NCBI GenBank assembly: GCA_964016885.1
Contig: OZ024751.1
Span: 38,564,001 to 38,628,000, forward strand
DNA length: 64,000 nucleotides
DNA from: Eledone cirrhosa
Lineage: Eukaryota
Direction of reading: 5' to 3'
Under the pieces are notes generated by a model. That model worked only from the letters and a program-made list of their open reading frames with translations. It made no database searches and was not told the origin of the DNA. The translations under genes were made by a program, and so were the position numbers. Positions 12,803-28,543 of the stretch are shown here, in pieces (position 1 is the first letter of the stretch; the number at the start of each line of letters is the position of its first letter).

Positions 12803-13611
12803 GTTTCTCTGTATATGATCAAATGAGGTATAGTTTTCAACATAGATCCTGAAGAGTAGAAATTAATGCAGGAAAGATTGCGCAGCGCTAGCATATCTCC
12901 TTTATAATTTGTATAGGAACTATTCAGCCGACTCCCGGGCATATATATATATAAATAATAACGTGATAATATGCTAAATGTATTATATATTAGAAACATT
13001 ACCTAAATAGAATCCTCTATTTTTTTACTAGCCGGTCAAATGAGTGTTTACAAAAATAGTTCTTCTTCGGTGGAATCAAATGCGATTCAGAATATTTAAA
13101 CAGCATGTGTACGTTCCATTTTAATATTTCAAGGTAAGTAATGTTTTTAAAATATGAATTTAATTTGAATGCACTGTTATGAAAATAACGACTGAGAGAA
13201 TATGTACTTCAATCTTTAACACAATATCTGATACTATTTATAATGTAAACAGTCAAAACCGAAAATATAAACAACACGTTCAAATAAAATAAATATATTC
13301 TGGTTGAAATTACATCTAACGACACACAAAAGAATAACGTGCACTGGAATAATTTTCAAAGAAATAATAATCGTAAATATAAATGTTTTAATTGATTATA
13401 TTAATCATTACAACATCAATATTATATGTCTTTTCATCAAACCGGTGTTGATTAATATTAGACAAAATTTATTTCTTCATATAAATTAATTTAACATATT
13501 TATCACATCTATCCGTTTTAAATCTAATATTTAATTTTCTATAGTAAATATCCACTTAAAAAGTACAATAACATGTATTTTCCCTCAAGGAAAATCATGA
13601 ACATGATTTTA

Positions 13612-13687
<76 letters not shown>

Positions 13688-14340
13688 GTGTGTGTGTGTA
13701 TCAGCCAACAAATTCTCATATTAGAACAGTGTGTAAACAATCCTACTCCGCACTCGAACTTTAATATTGATAGCTAAAATAAATATTCTCAAAGTAGTTA
13801 AGCGTGTATTGTTTTGTTTTTTAATTTTAAAACTGTCATTTTGAAATGCAATAATTTCATTTCTTTTGTATTTCAAATTGGTTTATAAACGTGTGTGTGG
13901 GGAGGGGAGGGCTTGCTGAGTCAATACACCACATGACTAAATCCATTGGTATTCTCAGTCCCAACATTCTATATCTTTCAATTTAAATATACTGAAATTT
14001 AAAAAACCCTGCCTTTGCGGGAGATAGTGATAGACAGACAATAAAACTAAGAGAGAGAGAGAGAAGTGACAGTCAGACATATGTGACATAGTGGTAGACA
14101 GATAATGGCAAAGAGAGAGATAGAGAGAGCATGAGAAAACGACAATCGGAATGACAGATATAGTGGTAGACAGCTAACGAATCTGAGAGAGTTAGAGGGA
14201 CAGGCAGTCAGATAGAGAAATATGTGATATAGATATATATTTGTATATAGGTATACATATTTGTTTATATGAATACAAATTCAACATTTCAATACCGTCA
14301 GGCAGGTATTCAATTGTTAGAACATACTAAATATATTAAA

Positions 14341-14529
14341 ATAATTGTTTCTACTTTTGGCACAAGGCCAGCACATACTCAGTTTATTACTGGTACTTTA
14401 TTTTATTTTAAAATAATTGTTTCTACTTTAGACACAAGGCCAGCAATTACCCAGTGCATTACTAGTACTTTATTTTATCGACCCCGTAAGGATGAAAGGC
14501 AAAGTCAACCTCGGCGGGATTTGAACTCA
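14341..14529 (-). mobile_element. Two tandem 5'-truncated SINE S1 copies
   Basis: SINE 3' ends at 14341 and 14413; ttttattttaaaataat is duplicated at ~14401 and ~14530. Confidence 0.85.
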
Positions 14530-15594
14530 TTTTATTTTAAAATAATGTTTGAAATTATACTCCAGGGAGAAACGTTTTCTTGATATATGAAACTTTTAAC
14601 GTATATCGGCCGAAATATGAGCCTTATACTTGTTTTCAAGTAAACTAAAACATAGACATCAAATGAGCTAAAACCAGCAGTAAATACTACAAAGAATTCA
14701 ACGGCTTAGTCAAAACTGGACGATATTTGATCACAGGACTGTGCGATCACAATTGAATCGAAACGGCAAGTGTTAAAACCATTCTATACAGACGAATTAT
14801 TTCAATGGATCCGATTTCCCATATTAAAATATAACGTTATCGAAAGTATGTCCACATTTTATCAAGCAATGTAAAAAAATATATTGGTTCAATAGATTCA
14901 ATAGAGTGCACGCAATTTCGTTTAAATTTAAACTCATAATTATATACAAAATATAACATTTTTGTATTAAAAATTTTGCAAAATTCAATTAAATTACTGC
15001 TATGAATGCCAGCTTTGTATATATATATATAAAATAAACATATGTGTGTGCGTTCTGTGTATGTATATATATACGTTTGTGTGTGTGTATGTGTGTGTGT
15101 GTGCATGAAATGTTTAATCTACATACAAGAAATAGCTAATTTATTGCACAAAACTTTTGCACGATGTATATTATAAATGTGTATAACCCTGAAACTCGAA
15201 AGATATGGCTCACTACCATTTAATTAAAATAGGAATAGGAAAGAACAAAATATTTTATTGTCAAATAAATATTAAATATTATTTATGCTCCACACAATCT
15301 CTATATTTATAGGGAAACTCTGCTATAAATAACTGAAATATGTCCTTTACAATTATTATTCTGATCATTGGAGTAATTAAACAGTTCTGAATTTTCCAAC
15401 AATTACGGCAGATTGTTTATATGTATCTTCGTGTATGTATATATTTCCAAAATATATTAGTGAAACCCTTATTCATGCGATATTCCCTGATGTGGGTTAA
15501 ATATATTTCTGAAGAATAATATAATTAACGATTCAGCGTGATACAATATGATGCAAGGATGTTTCTCTTAATTACAATCCATCCGATGTGCATC

Positions 15595-15746
15595 CATACG
15601 CTTTCCGTTTAATCAGTTCCTTTCCCAAGGCTTCTTTCGTCTCGAGACTATAGTGAAGACACTTGTGAAAGAGCCCATGATATGGGTTCATACACGGGTC
15701 CCCATGATAATTGTTTCTGATTGACCAATCAGCCATACCTGCACCC
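15595..15746 (-). mobile_element. Old tRNA-derived SINE (family S2), decayed
   Basis: The reverse complement begins ggtgcaggtatggctgattggtc and contains caagtgtcttcactatagtctcg..aagccttgg..aaacggaaa, like a common octopus SINE. A related copy lies at 57200-57352. Confidence 0.6.
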
Positions 15747-16449
15747 ATACTCAAATATATTTGTATATTAAGTAACATTATTGCAACGTTTAATGCTAGA
15801 TTTACTATTAATTCGTGCATATTTATACACATACATTACTTGTTATAGTTTAACTCAAGGTGAAAGCTAATAAGGAAGTCTGTTGACCACTATTACTGGT
15901 ATGCAGGATTAGAATATATAATATTTCATTCCCTTATACGATAGTGTGCGGTTTGATAGATACTTTCCTCCCTTTCAAGTCTATCTTTCTTGGCACCATC
16001 CTTTCTCTTTCGATTCCAAGTGTAATTCACGGAGTATTATTTTATATTGTATATGTGGATATATAAGTGGATAGTTACTATTTTAAAAACTATAAAAATA
16101 TAAAACTACGATTGATATTCATAGTATTAATCCTTCAAATTGCAAATGACTTGTCACTATATATTAAAATACTTAATTTACTACGCTATATTTGTCATAT
16201 ATTTCTACTTATCTATTTCCTTTTCTATAATTACTTTTGGCACACATTTCTTTTTTCATCACTTCAAACGGAATAAATGTCGATTTATTTCACTTCCTGT
16301 TTATTTTGCTATCATGTCTTGAAGATAACGTCTTCAGCATCATCCGTATTTGACTAAGTCAGGAAAACAAAAAGAAACATAAGACCGGCTATTGGCGCTC
16401 TAATCAGTTTTTATCAAGTGAAATCATATAACATCATTAATATACTTTA

Positions 16450-16870
16450 GGGCAGTAGATTGACAGTATCGGTAGAGGGTCGGACGCCATGCTTTGCAGG
16501 AAAGAGTTACGGCCCTTTATGGTTTGAGTTCAAATCCCGCCGAGGTTAACTTTGCCTTTCATCCTTACGGGGTCGATAAAATAAAGTACCAGTCACACGC
16601 TGGGGTCAATTTAATCGAATTTCCCCTCCCCCAAAATTGCTGGCCTTGTGCCTATATAAGTAACCAATTTATTTAAAGGCGGTGGATTGGCAGTATCGGT
16701 AGAGAGTCGGACGTCATACTTTGCAGCAAAGAGTTACGGCCCTTTATGGTATGAGTTCAAATCCCGCCGAGATTAACTTTGCCTTCCATCCTTACGGGTT
16801 CGATAAAATAAAGTACCAGTAATACACTGAGATAATTGCTGACCTTGTGCCTAAAGTAGAAACGATTATT
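16450..16870 (+). mobile_element. Dimeric SINE S1 (long monomer plus short monomer) within one TSD
   Basis: Monomers at 16450-16676 and 16678-16870; attaatatacttta at 16436-16449 and 16868-16881. Confidence 0.9.
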
Positions 16871-17516
16871 AATATACTTTATTGTTATTACCAATAGGTG
16901 CAGCTAGAGAGCTCTTTAGTTAAACTACAAGAGGGGTTAACTATAATACTATCCGTGGGTGTCGACTGCCGCATATATCCATTAGATAATAGCCTAACAT
17001 CTATATGGTGTAGAGTAGAGAAGCAATATTTGAAGATAGGGGACAGTGTTATTTCTTCCTAAGACGGTGGGCAGAGTGGTGCTATCTAGTCAACAAAAAA
17101 ATGGTTACTTTACTCTGACTACAGATATTTGTTGACAGGTCATGAATATAAACTTATATGTTGCAAACGGTTTTCACCCTACAACAAAATACAAACCGAT
17201 ATAAGGAAACAAAAGCGAATGCCAACCTGCCACTAATGAGCACACATACGCCTCCAGTCCCAGACAACAACACCAAGAGAAGTATAACATCAACAAAAAC
17301 GAAATTCGAGACGCAATTACAAAACTCAAACCAGACAAAAAAATAGAACAGGTAAAACCACAATCAGAATATCTACAGCCACAATCTTTTGAGAGAATAT
17401 TAATAACTACAAAAGCATCAACAAGAAACAACTGACAAAACAAAACATAGGCATACTTCACATTTCAGCTTTCTCTGAATTCTTAACACTGATTTAATTT
17501 CAGATGTAATATATAT

Positions 17517-17709
17517 ATAATTGTTTCTACTTTTGACACAAAGCCAGCAATTATCCCAGAGCATTACTAGTACTTTATTTTATCAATTCCGTAAGGATGA
17601 AAGACAAAGTTAACCTCGGCGGGATTTGAACTCAGATCATAAAGGGTCGTATCTCTATGCTGAAAAGCATGACGTCCGACCCTCTACTGATACTGCCAAT
17701 CCACTGCCC
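17517..17709 (-). mobile_element. SINE S1, full length, with TSD
   Basis: Consensus match; atgtaata(t/c)atatat at 17504 and 17710. Confidence 0.9.
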
Positions 17710-19090
17710 ATGTAATACATATATGTAATACCGCAAAGTAATACAAACAAAGTGGTGGGGAACATCTCAGAGTGCACCACAGACATTTCAATATGAAAAA
17801 ACAACGTTTGTTGTTGAAATGTTCACAACATATAAGCGATTTCAATGCGAAATCGACCTATGCATTGCTGCTATGAAACAGTACAGAACATCAACAACGG
17901 AATTACGTTGTCCGTCATTATATTCTCTACACAAAATGGCATTACTTATATATAGTGGGATAACCCCTTCATGATATGGGGTCGGATACAGAGTACATTC
18001 ATTTGTTAAACGACCTCAGGTCGCTAGAATTAGTTGCTGGACGCACTCGTCGGATAATATGAGATATACCGCCTGAATAAAAGACAGCATGGCCTCCACT
18101 GCTCGATTATCGATGACCTTGGGGGTAAATAAGACCATAATATTCTAACATATTAGCGACTCTATTATCTTGCATTATGATATATTTATGTCGAATATAG
18201 TTAACATACAATCAACTAGAGACAGGTTTTGTAAATCTGATGTAATAAAAATATTGATCGTATGTTGTGTTTAAAGAGTTAGTATAACTAAATGTCTAAT
18301 ACATAATACTAAATGTAGGAGAAGTTTACATCTATAATCTAACAACAAAATGATTTATGAGATTCGTAATCAGCACTTGAAAAAAAAATGTTATATTTTC
18401 TACAGCAATTATCTCGAATACCTACCTTACAATACATTTAGTTATTTTATCTCCATTGCAAAACATAATGCAGGAAGAAGAAAAGATAGTTTTAATGTGT
18501 CTCGTCTAGCATACTATATCATAACCTTTTACAACCATATTTTTTTATATAGTACTTATTCAGGTTTCTCAACGTCGTAAAGAGCGCTAGTACTTATGCT
18601 CAATGACCTTTTTAAATCTATTACTAAGAATTCTTTACAAAATAGTTTATATTTATATCGAAGAGAGAAAAAATATATTATGCACTGGAAATATAAGAAA
18701 ATCTATTGAAGTATGTTTAATAATTCTCTGTTTATTTTTATCATTCTTTTTTATTCTTATGTGTTTATGTATTTCTCCACGTATATAGACAAAAACAACA
18801 ATGTGTAAAATACTTTGTAGCACTTTATTTGTGTGCAGTTACTCAATAGTTTTAAGCTTTGGTATATGTTAAATGGGTTCTAATTTAAGAACAAGGCCAA
18901 CAATTTGTCTGGTACAATTTGTATTGCACCTGTCTCGTTCTGTCTAGTTCCTATTGAATCCCTAAGGCGGCAGCTTTGAGAAAGTAATCTTAGCAGAGTC
19001 CAGCACTTCCTACGTCTGAACACAGATAATTATTACAGATAAAGATAAAATGAGAGACAATGAGAGAAAGGGGAGAGTTAGAGGGCGAGA

Positions 19091-19350
19091 GAAGTGTAGT
19101 AACGGTGTTCAGCTCACGAGCCCATGAACAAGGGTTCGATTGCTGGAGACGCGTTGTGTCCTTCTACAATATATTTTATTTTACGTTACTCCAGTCCACC
19201 AATCAGTTGTCAAACAAGAGTTATACCTGGGTAAACATTGTTACTCTCTATCACGCTGAATCTCCATCAGAACTACGTTAAGGGTAATGGGTATATTGAG
19301 TACTCCGTAAATTTCACGTTAATTTTACGAGCAAGGCTTTTCTCCTTCTG
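19091..19350 (+). mobile_element. Old tRNA-head SINE with CORE-like central domain (family S3)
   Basis: tRNA-like head (gtgtagt..ggttcgattgc), then tgtgtcctt..ttattttacgttactccagtccac and gctgaatctccatcagaactacgttaagggta. A related decayed copy lies at 26190-26400. Confidence 0.55.
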
Positions 19351-19531
19351 CGAACAACTGGAAATCTAGGTGCTCGGAAACAAAATTCTTTAGAGAATTT
19401 AGTTATCCCAAACTCAGAAACTATTTGGGACAACATCAGGTTATTATACAATATCGCTTTGAATACCCGTTTGAATACCCCCAATTGACGGAGGTAGACG
19501 CTTATTTACATCTATTGACTGTTGTCTCGGT

Positions 19532-19674
<143 letters not shown>

Positions 19675-20876
19675 CGAGGATAGCAGTTGATTCAACTTAA
19701 CCATGTACCAATTTCATGTGATCTATATCCTATTATCTCCGTATCTCAACTGTTCGCTTATAGTTCGTTTCCAGTACCATCAATTTCGTACGTGCCGTCA
19801 CACACTTGTCTTATGAACACCAGTTTTTATTCATGTTTAATGTCTACTAATTGCAACACACAATTCTTCAGATCTTTATATTCTTCAGAGAGAAATTAAT
19901 GTAATATAACGCATGCCAGTCAATACCATATATTCATATAATTTATTAATGCCCATTTATACAAAACTGTTATATATACGACGTAATAGATAGTAAATAT
20001 ATATTACTCAGTCAAACATAAAAGGCATACTTATATTATATTATGTGTGCTCATAATATAAGATAAATGGATACAGTCGGATCTAATATCAAATAATATA
20101 TGAAATAGAACAAAACATGCATTAAATCTAATCATAAACCAAAATTATAACTATATTAGGAAAATAGAGAAAACATATTTCCTTTCGTTACGATGACTCC
20201 AATTTAGGATTATAGGACTGTTCACTAAATAAATTTCAAATGCTTAATATGTTGTACATGTTCAGATATTTCTAATCCTCACAAGGCGCAATGTGATCAT
20301 TACCATAATTTTCTCTGTTGATTATATGTTTAAAGCAAGAAGAAATAGTCATAATTTTATGATGCTTAACAAGAAGCATATTTAGGTAGAGACCGTATGG
20401 ATAACACAAATATCGTAGATTAAATTTCCTCAAAAAATGATGAGATCAATCTATATTAATAGAAAAATTATAACGAATACTTAAAAGAAAATAATGCAAA
20501 AATGCTATTTAAGGATTGCAGATGCAGCAGGAGACACGGTGACTATATTATTCTCGTTTACCGAGAGTAATTTGACGGCAAAGTGGAAAAAAGAAAAATT
20601 TATAGTTTGAATGGAGATAAGAAATGTGAAAAAGCCCAAATGATACATATATCAAAATGTTTATAACAAACTGGACTAAGATTATTTCAACCCATAGACA
20701 AGTCCCAGAACGTATTGATATGTTAATGGACCGCAACAATTTATTGTTACAAACAGAACATAAACGACAAGTAATGATTTGAACAAAGCCTTATTAAATA
20801 TAACGATAAAACTGGAGAATACATTGTAATGTATATATATATATATATATAAAGCATACACACACACACACGTCCG

Positions 20877-20955
<79 letters not shown>

Positions 20956-20958
20956 CAT

Positions 20959-21090
<132 letters not shown>

Positions 21091-21211
21091 AGCAATTGAA
21101 CGTAATTTAAAATACCGTGGCGTCCAAAAACCTGCTACGATCTATCACTAATAGTAAAAGTCAATATTTATTAATCGTAAAATACAGCGAATACACCCCC
21201 CCCCCCACACA

Positions 21212-21258
<47 letters not shown>

Positions 21259-21325
21259 AATATGTATGTGTATGTGTGTATGTTTGTGTATATATTTAGC
21301 TTCCTCTTAATATCTAGCGTACTAT

Positions 21326-21362
<37 letters not shown>

Positions 21363-23730
21363 TACAGGCGCGCGCACTCCTCATTGCAAATATTTGCAAA
21401 CGCATATCGCATCTAAGAGTACACTAATGATTTTATCTCGCCAGTTGGATTTCTTTTCTTCATTCTACATTTCCATGTAATTCTTGTAGAATAAATAATG
21501 AGCTCAATAAACAAAATAGAAAGTTTGTCTTGTTTGTTTCTTTCTTGCATTTCCTCTGGCTTCATCGCAATATAAATCATGGTTATTACACGATTAGAGG
21601 AAAAGATTTCATTTGTTTTTCCGCCATAATAATTTTGTAACTCATCTTGCGATAGAAATTAAGCTAAGAAATTATAAACAAACATTTACATAAAAACGGT
21701 TTCATTTATTGCATGAATCCCATAATTTTTACAAGTTAAGCTGATTGTTAGATCAGATTTTCGGAAATATACATTTTGCAATCAAGATGTTTATGATTTA
21801 TTATCAAAATATTTGTATTACTAATGAAAGCAATTCATGGTATAATAACAGTAAAACATTTTTAAGGAGATACTGATCGATTTAAAAAAAAAAAATTATA
21901 AAAGATTCTAGATTTTCATTTACAACACTTAAGAGGAAAATATACACGTCGTATAACTTACATACATATATTTAAAATAATCTTAGAGATATTATAACTT
22001 CATGTTAGCTGAATGTTCGTCATCAAGTGCTTTCTTTGACTTAAAGAAATTGTGACGGTGATTAGCTCCAATGCACCACCAGGATCAACCATAAAATAAT
22101 TTATGAAAACAGCTTTACGAATCATGCTTCCTCCTAGATTTTTATCCCAAATAGCCTGAACTAGCATTTGTTGTGTGATATAAAACTATGTTATATTTAT
22201 CTAAACATCCTTTCATAATTATTTAACATAGGAGACATTCTATTTTAACAAGCAGACATAACATGAGAAAGTTAGTTATAATTTTTAAACCCTCAAAATC
22301 GTTTGAAAATCATTTCCCGAATAATACGGTAATAGAATCGTTGAAGTACAGCAACATACCAATAATGTTAATTTTAATTTTGAATAAACCATGAAAACAC
22401 GAGCCTATAAACCTCCTTGAAGCAAGACGAATTTACTTCTCAATTACACTGTACCTTATGTTTATAGGAAATGCCATTCAACATAGATTTACCTCATCAG
22501 TACTGGCATGGGTCTAATCAGAAAAACAAGACCCCCAACTTGAAAACGGTAGTTGATTTACAAACGTATGAATAGAAATGTATTTGTGGGTCTATTTTAT
22601 TTATTACAAATTAGGAACTGCAGTCACTAAAGATCACTGACATTGTCTACAAATGTTACAGCCTGACATCTCATGCGATATTATCAGTGCTAAACATCAC
22701 TGGCACTCGCCCTTCCCTTGGGTAACATCAATGGTATGGATAGAGTAGAATTGCATCATACACTGAATCTGGCTCGTTTACAACATTGCCCATACCTGCA
22801 CCCCGGAGAGGACAATTTAGTTTCGCATTACAGTTCTAACTTCACAGACTGGGGTGAAAGTTTCCAGATCAATATTCATGGTCCCAGGAGATATACGGAT
22901 ATCAAAACTGTCTGCAGATGTAGCGGTGTATTATTTTATTTATTTTAATGCAACGGAATAAGAGACTGAAGCTTACATGTGAGTGTGTGTGCTATGTGTG
23001 TTTTATATCAGAGACGTTTCCCCTCTATTTATTAAGTCTAATAATATGTAATATAGTCAGTAAATAGATTCATATCATGTATATGCCTGTATGTTCTAGG
23101 CAGAAATGTACGAGACGATGAAAGAAATTCAAAGTTATTCTCATGTTTAACCAGAGTAATTGATATGTATTTGAGTAAAGTGTTCTTTAACAAGGCACAG
23201 AAATACACACTCACAGGCTATAAAGAAACATCATCATTGCGCTAACAAGACGATCATTAGCAAGAAAACCACTGAAACATTTTTATTGCTATTTAAAAGC
23301 AAGCTGAAAATACACGAAAATAAGTCTAAGTTGTTGACTGCTTCTGTGATGCAATATCTAAGCTTACATCCAATGTTTGTTATATATTTATTTTGATACA
23401 GCCATCAAACGCAGTTTATTTATTAGGGAACATACGTAAACCCACGTACAAATTAGTGTAGACCTGTTATGGCATCAAATACATATGTCATTTATAAATT
23501 AAACCAAAATATTTTTTTATATTTATTCCATTGCATATTTCCGAATTGATATAATTTCTTTCTTTTAATTAAATAGGAGCTTTCTAACACCTGTTACATT
23601 TCACAAGAATGCATTCCATTTGTCAAAAAAGAAAATAAAGAATATTTCAAAATCTAAATGAACAGAAAAGTGTATACAAACACATACAGTGTTTCAAAAA
23701 ATCAAATAAAACATATATACATATACAAAT

Positions 23731-23781
<51 letters not shown>

Positions 23782-24244
23782 CTAGAGACATACGCAAATG
23801 TTCCCGAGGGTGTCTTTTAATGAGTAAATCATTAGTTTTTGTTTTCAACATCGCTAATATTGGAGACGCGTTTCTCTCGATTGCGACATTAAGATTTTCA
23901 CATCGCCTTACAATATCCAACATCCTATTATACAATGAATAGAAATGCTCTACTGAAGCACTGTTTTATAGACTTAAATTAAGGGAGAGCAAAGTGAACA
24001 CTAATGAATGCAAGAGAATTGAAGCTGGCTTGTCTACCAGTTATAATATATAGTTGGAATGTTAGTGTGTTTCATTGGATCAGTTATATATATGTGTTTC
24101 TGTGTGTGTGTGTGTTTGTGTGTGTGTGTATGTGCGTGTATATACATACATACTAATATTCTATTCAATTAATGTAGAACTTATAACCCTATTAGAACCC
24201 AATGTAGTGTAGATACAATTATCTCGTCGAAGGAAAGCAAATTT

Positions 24245-24301
<57 letters not shown>

Positions 24302-24303
<2 letters not shown>

Positions 24304-24492
24304 ACTGTTTCTACTATTGGCACAAGGCCAGCAAAATACCCAGTACATTTCTGGTACTTTATTTTATCGACCCCGTAAGGATAAAAGGTAAAGTTAACCT
24401 TGGCGGGATTTGAACTCAGAATGGCAAGGGCCGTAACTCTATGCGTCAAAGTATGGCGTCCGATCCTCTACCGATACTGCCAATCCACCGCC
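24302..24492 (-). mobile_element. SINE S1, full length, inside (TA)n
   Basis: Consensus match; the 5' end on the minus strand reads ggcggtggattggcag. Confidence 0.9.
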
Positions 24493-24500
24493 TTATATAT

Positions 24501-24708
24501 AACGAAGGATGTGTTATAAGGAACGAGGTGGACCATAACGCACCAGAGTACTCGATACTTTGGGTAGTCGAATGGGTTATAGGAAAAGAGTCAGAACCCC
24601 GACGGCTGAGCTCAGGCCGTTTCGACAGCTAATTCTGGTTCTGGACACTGAGTCCAGAAATAGATGTCGAAACGGCTTGAGTTCTGCCGTCAGGGTTCTG
24701 ACTCTTTT

Positions 24709-24710
<2 letters not shown>
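24501..24710 (-). mobile_element. Palindromic element family P, copy 2 (divergent subfamily)
   Basis: Tail aacgaagg.. at left. The arms ggaaaagagtcagaacc.. / ..ggttctgactcttttcc share subfamily-specific variants. Confidence 0.9.
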
Positions 24711-24875
<165 letters not shown>

Positions 24876-25862
24876 TATTGGCATATTCAAAATATACTAT
24901 GTACAACTACAACTTTTTTACCCTCAGCATTGACAAAACGAAACAAAAGCCATGCAAATGCAACCCCAGGGAAAATAAGACCACACACACTGTGACGCAG
25001 AATCTACCTGAGAAATACATTCTGGATAGGCGTGTGTTTGGAATATTCAGCCACTTCTACGTTAATTTTATAAGCATGTTATTCCATCGATCGAACTCGC
25101 GGTGTATTTGCATGTAACTAGTCGAGTACTGTTCGTTCATTCTTGCCCTCAATGTAAATATCAGATAGAAAAACCGTGACATATTCTGCGACAAGTTTAG
25201 ATGTATGAACATCAGAAATTCCTTTAACTCCACCAGTATTTGTGTGAAGACGAGAGTGACTGAATGGTGTGGGTGAAATAATACTTGCCACACAGTAGCA
25301 TCCAACTCGTTACCTCAAGACTGCAAAAGGAAAATCTTAAACATACAGCACTGTTACGCCTTTATCTGAAAGATTGTATTTTGTAGGTGATGTAATATCA
25401 ATACCTCTACACCTCTACCACTACTAATACTACTATTAAGTGTACAAGATCATTTCAGATTTCACAAGAATGATCCATACCGAAATTAAGTACGTGGTTT
25501 TCAGTGCCATAATGATATTTATTGTTTACAAAATATTGTGTTCTAAAATATACACGCAAATTATGGCCGGAGATAAAAAGGCAAAATCGTTTTTTGATGT
25601 CCGTGCTTTGTAAACGAGGGTTGACTTAGAAAACGTAATGAAACACCTTCTATAAAAGAAAATAAGCTTTGTTACATAAACGTCCTTGTTGTTTACATAC
25701 AAGAATACAGTAGTAGCTCGAATAATTCTCTCACTGAGTAGTATCTCTTTCACTTTCTCTTATGGCATGATAGAAGGAAGTAAACACCTCTCTTTCTCTC
25801 TCATGTCTGTCTATCTTTCTCTCTCTATCTCTCTATCCCCCCATCTCTCTCTATACACACAC

Positions 25863-25895
<33 letters not shown>

Positions 25896-26189
25896 GAGAG
25901 AGAGAGGGGGGATAGAGAGATAGAGAGAGAAAGAGAGACAGACAGAGAGAACTATCACTTCTACATGATGTTTTATTCCTTTAAATGAATGAATCAATTT
26001 TAATACTGTAGACATCATGTCTATATACATTCACTAGGCCTCTATTAATATACTGCGTGTATTAGTAGGTATATAATATACTATTAATATACTGAGTATC
26101 TGATTTAGATGTGTTCCTCTTCTGATCCCCTTCGGAAATCCACTCTTAATTTTACACACATGCACACACACGCATACACACCCATGTAT

Positions 26190-26400
26190 AATAGTCCTTG
26201 GTTCACGATCTTCATTTCGCGAGACAGATTCCCGGTGACACATTTCCTCTTTCAGCAAGATAGTTTACTTCTCGTTGCTTAAATTCACTCAGCTGGTAAA
26301 GACGAGGCTTAGTTTTAATTCAATGCCCAGTCCTGTCACAAATTATGCTATGCTGAAGTTTACTGAGAACTAAATGAAGGGAACACAAGTGTGAGGGATT
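26190..26400 (+). mobile_element. Old SINE S3, decayed
   Basis: cagcaagatagtttacttctcgttgcttaaattcactcagctgg and gctgaagtttactgagaactaaatgaaggg resemble 19091-19350. Confidence 0.45.
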
Positions 26401-26894
26401 ACAGAAACTTGTACCTAAATGTTTTGAGAGAAAAAAACAACAAATAGGAATGATATCGCCAAAGCTACTGATTGTAAATCTTGTGCATCAAGATTTTATC
26501 GCATTTGTTGTGAAACAAACCAATCTTCACACTGTTAGATAAATTTTATGAAAAGGTTGTATGATGGGAAGGATATGATAGAAGAAATATTCAGTTTACA
26601 GTTGATCAACGTCTAGAAAAACAAACTAAAGTTGAAACAAGTGTGTAAATATCATGAAACAGTTACTTGATGTGATAGAACAGAAAAGACGAAAAATATG
26701 GTTAGACGAACGATACATTTATGTAAGTTATATTTAGGAGTTCCCTTGATAAAGCAAGAGTTAAAGATTAATATATTATAATGTTCTTCCTGGAGGAATA
26801 GGCAGATAAATAGTTTACATCCAAATCATAAGACCGCCAATATTGTAAATATTCAATACAAAATATGCCTGGTAGCAGTTATAAATTTGTTTAT

Positions 26895-26988
<94 letters not shown>

Positions 26989-27059
26989 GTATATATACAT
27001 ATGTATACATGCATATACGTTTATATGCAAAGATATTTGGATGGATATATGTTTATAAG

Positions 27060-27119
<60 letters not shown>

Positions 27120-27317
27120 TGGATGTCTCTGTGTGTAGGAGATACATATCGGAAGTGAGGGCAAGGGAAACCTCAAATATTTAGCAGCACAATGGCCATA
27201 ATTTAGGTCAGTAGCAATATATTTCTATAGTTCATCTTATAAACATCAATGACTCTTATACATCTGCCATATTTCTCATATACACGAAACAATAGCCATA
27301 TTACCAAATAGCATTGC

Positions 27318-27390
<73 letters not shown>

Positions 27391-27529
27391 ATATTTACAC
27401 ATGTATATATACATGCATATATATACATGCGTATACATACATGCATACATATACATAAATATATGTACATGCATATATACATATAATTAAAACACACGAA
27501 CACAAAAGTCACACATGCTCAATATATAT

Positions 27530-27592
<63 letters not shown>

Positions 27593-27629
27593 TATGTGTG
27601 CGTGTGTGTGTGTGTGTGTGTTTTTAGCT

Positions 27630-27805
27630 ATGCGTGTCTGCGGCTGTGTGTGTGTGGTTGTGCGTCTGCGGCTGTGTGTGTCTGCAGCTGTGTCTGTGTG
27701 GCTGTGTCTGTGGCTGTGTGTCTGTGGATGTGTGTGTCGTTGGGTGTCTGTAGTCGTGTGTCTGTGGCTGTGCGTTTGCGGCTGTGTGTGTGTGGCTCTG
27801 TGTGT
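27630..27805. repeat. Cryptic GT-rich minisatellite (~gtctgtggctgtgt units)
   Basis: Repeated gtctg(c/t)ggctgtgt units are visible. Confidence 0.8.
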
Positions 27806-28487
27806 CACAACGTGTCGATATAAGCATCCAATGCTAAGTTTTGCCTGAGGATATAATTTAATGAGTGGAAGCATTGTTCTTGCTCTTCTCCTCAACACCT
27901 TATCTATTGCAAATTGTTCCACGCTACTTCATTTCCATCATTTCATTTAATTTTTAATAGAACAGAATTCATGCAAAGAAATGATATTCTACAATGCTAT
28001 TTTACATTCGTCAAAGTTATGTCCTCCATATTTAATATGTTATGGAACATCTATACGTTATGCTTTCATACGATATTTGTTTAAACTAGCTGCATGTTAT
28101 TAACATTAAACGTTTATTGTTTTAACAGGTTTATTATACTTAGTATAATATGTCATTGATATGCGACAGAATGATAGAATGTAATTGAAGCACATATTTT
28201 CATAAATAGACACGTTTATTCTTTAACTACTTTCAACAAAACGTGTAAAAGAACGATAGTGCATTGCTTAGACAAACACAGACAGACACACCTTTATGTG
28301 CGCGTATACACACATACACACACACACATATATATAAATATATGTGTGTGACTGTTTCATGAGAAATGTAATATACACAGCTATAATTCTTAATTAGAAG
28401 ACCCAAATCCTGCAATTTGGTGCAAGAGGAATTGCATAGTCAACCTTGGCATATATAGATGCCTCCCCCCCCCCCGCTCTCTCCCTA

Positions 28488-28543
<56 letters not shown>

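Noticed and set aside
13032-13133. Exon-like segment (ttttactag acceptor, AG|gtaagt donor)
   Set aside because: It has stops in all three frames. It could be a non-coding exon, but that is unsupported without transcripts.
16450-16545. tRNA gene call for SINE heads
   Set aside because: A and B boxes are present, but there is no cloverleaf and the sequence continues into the SINE body.
22445-22505. Minus-strand CTGATGA followed by a hairpin
   Set aside because: The GAAA box is missing (ataaac) and helix I cannot form.
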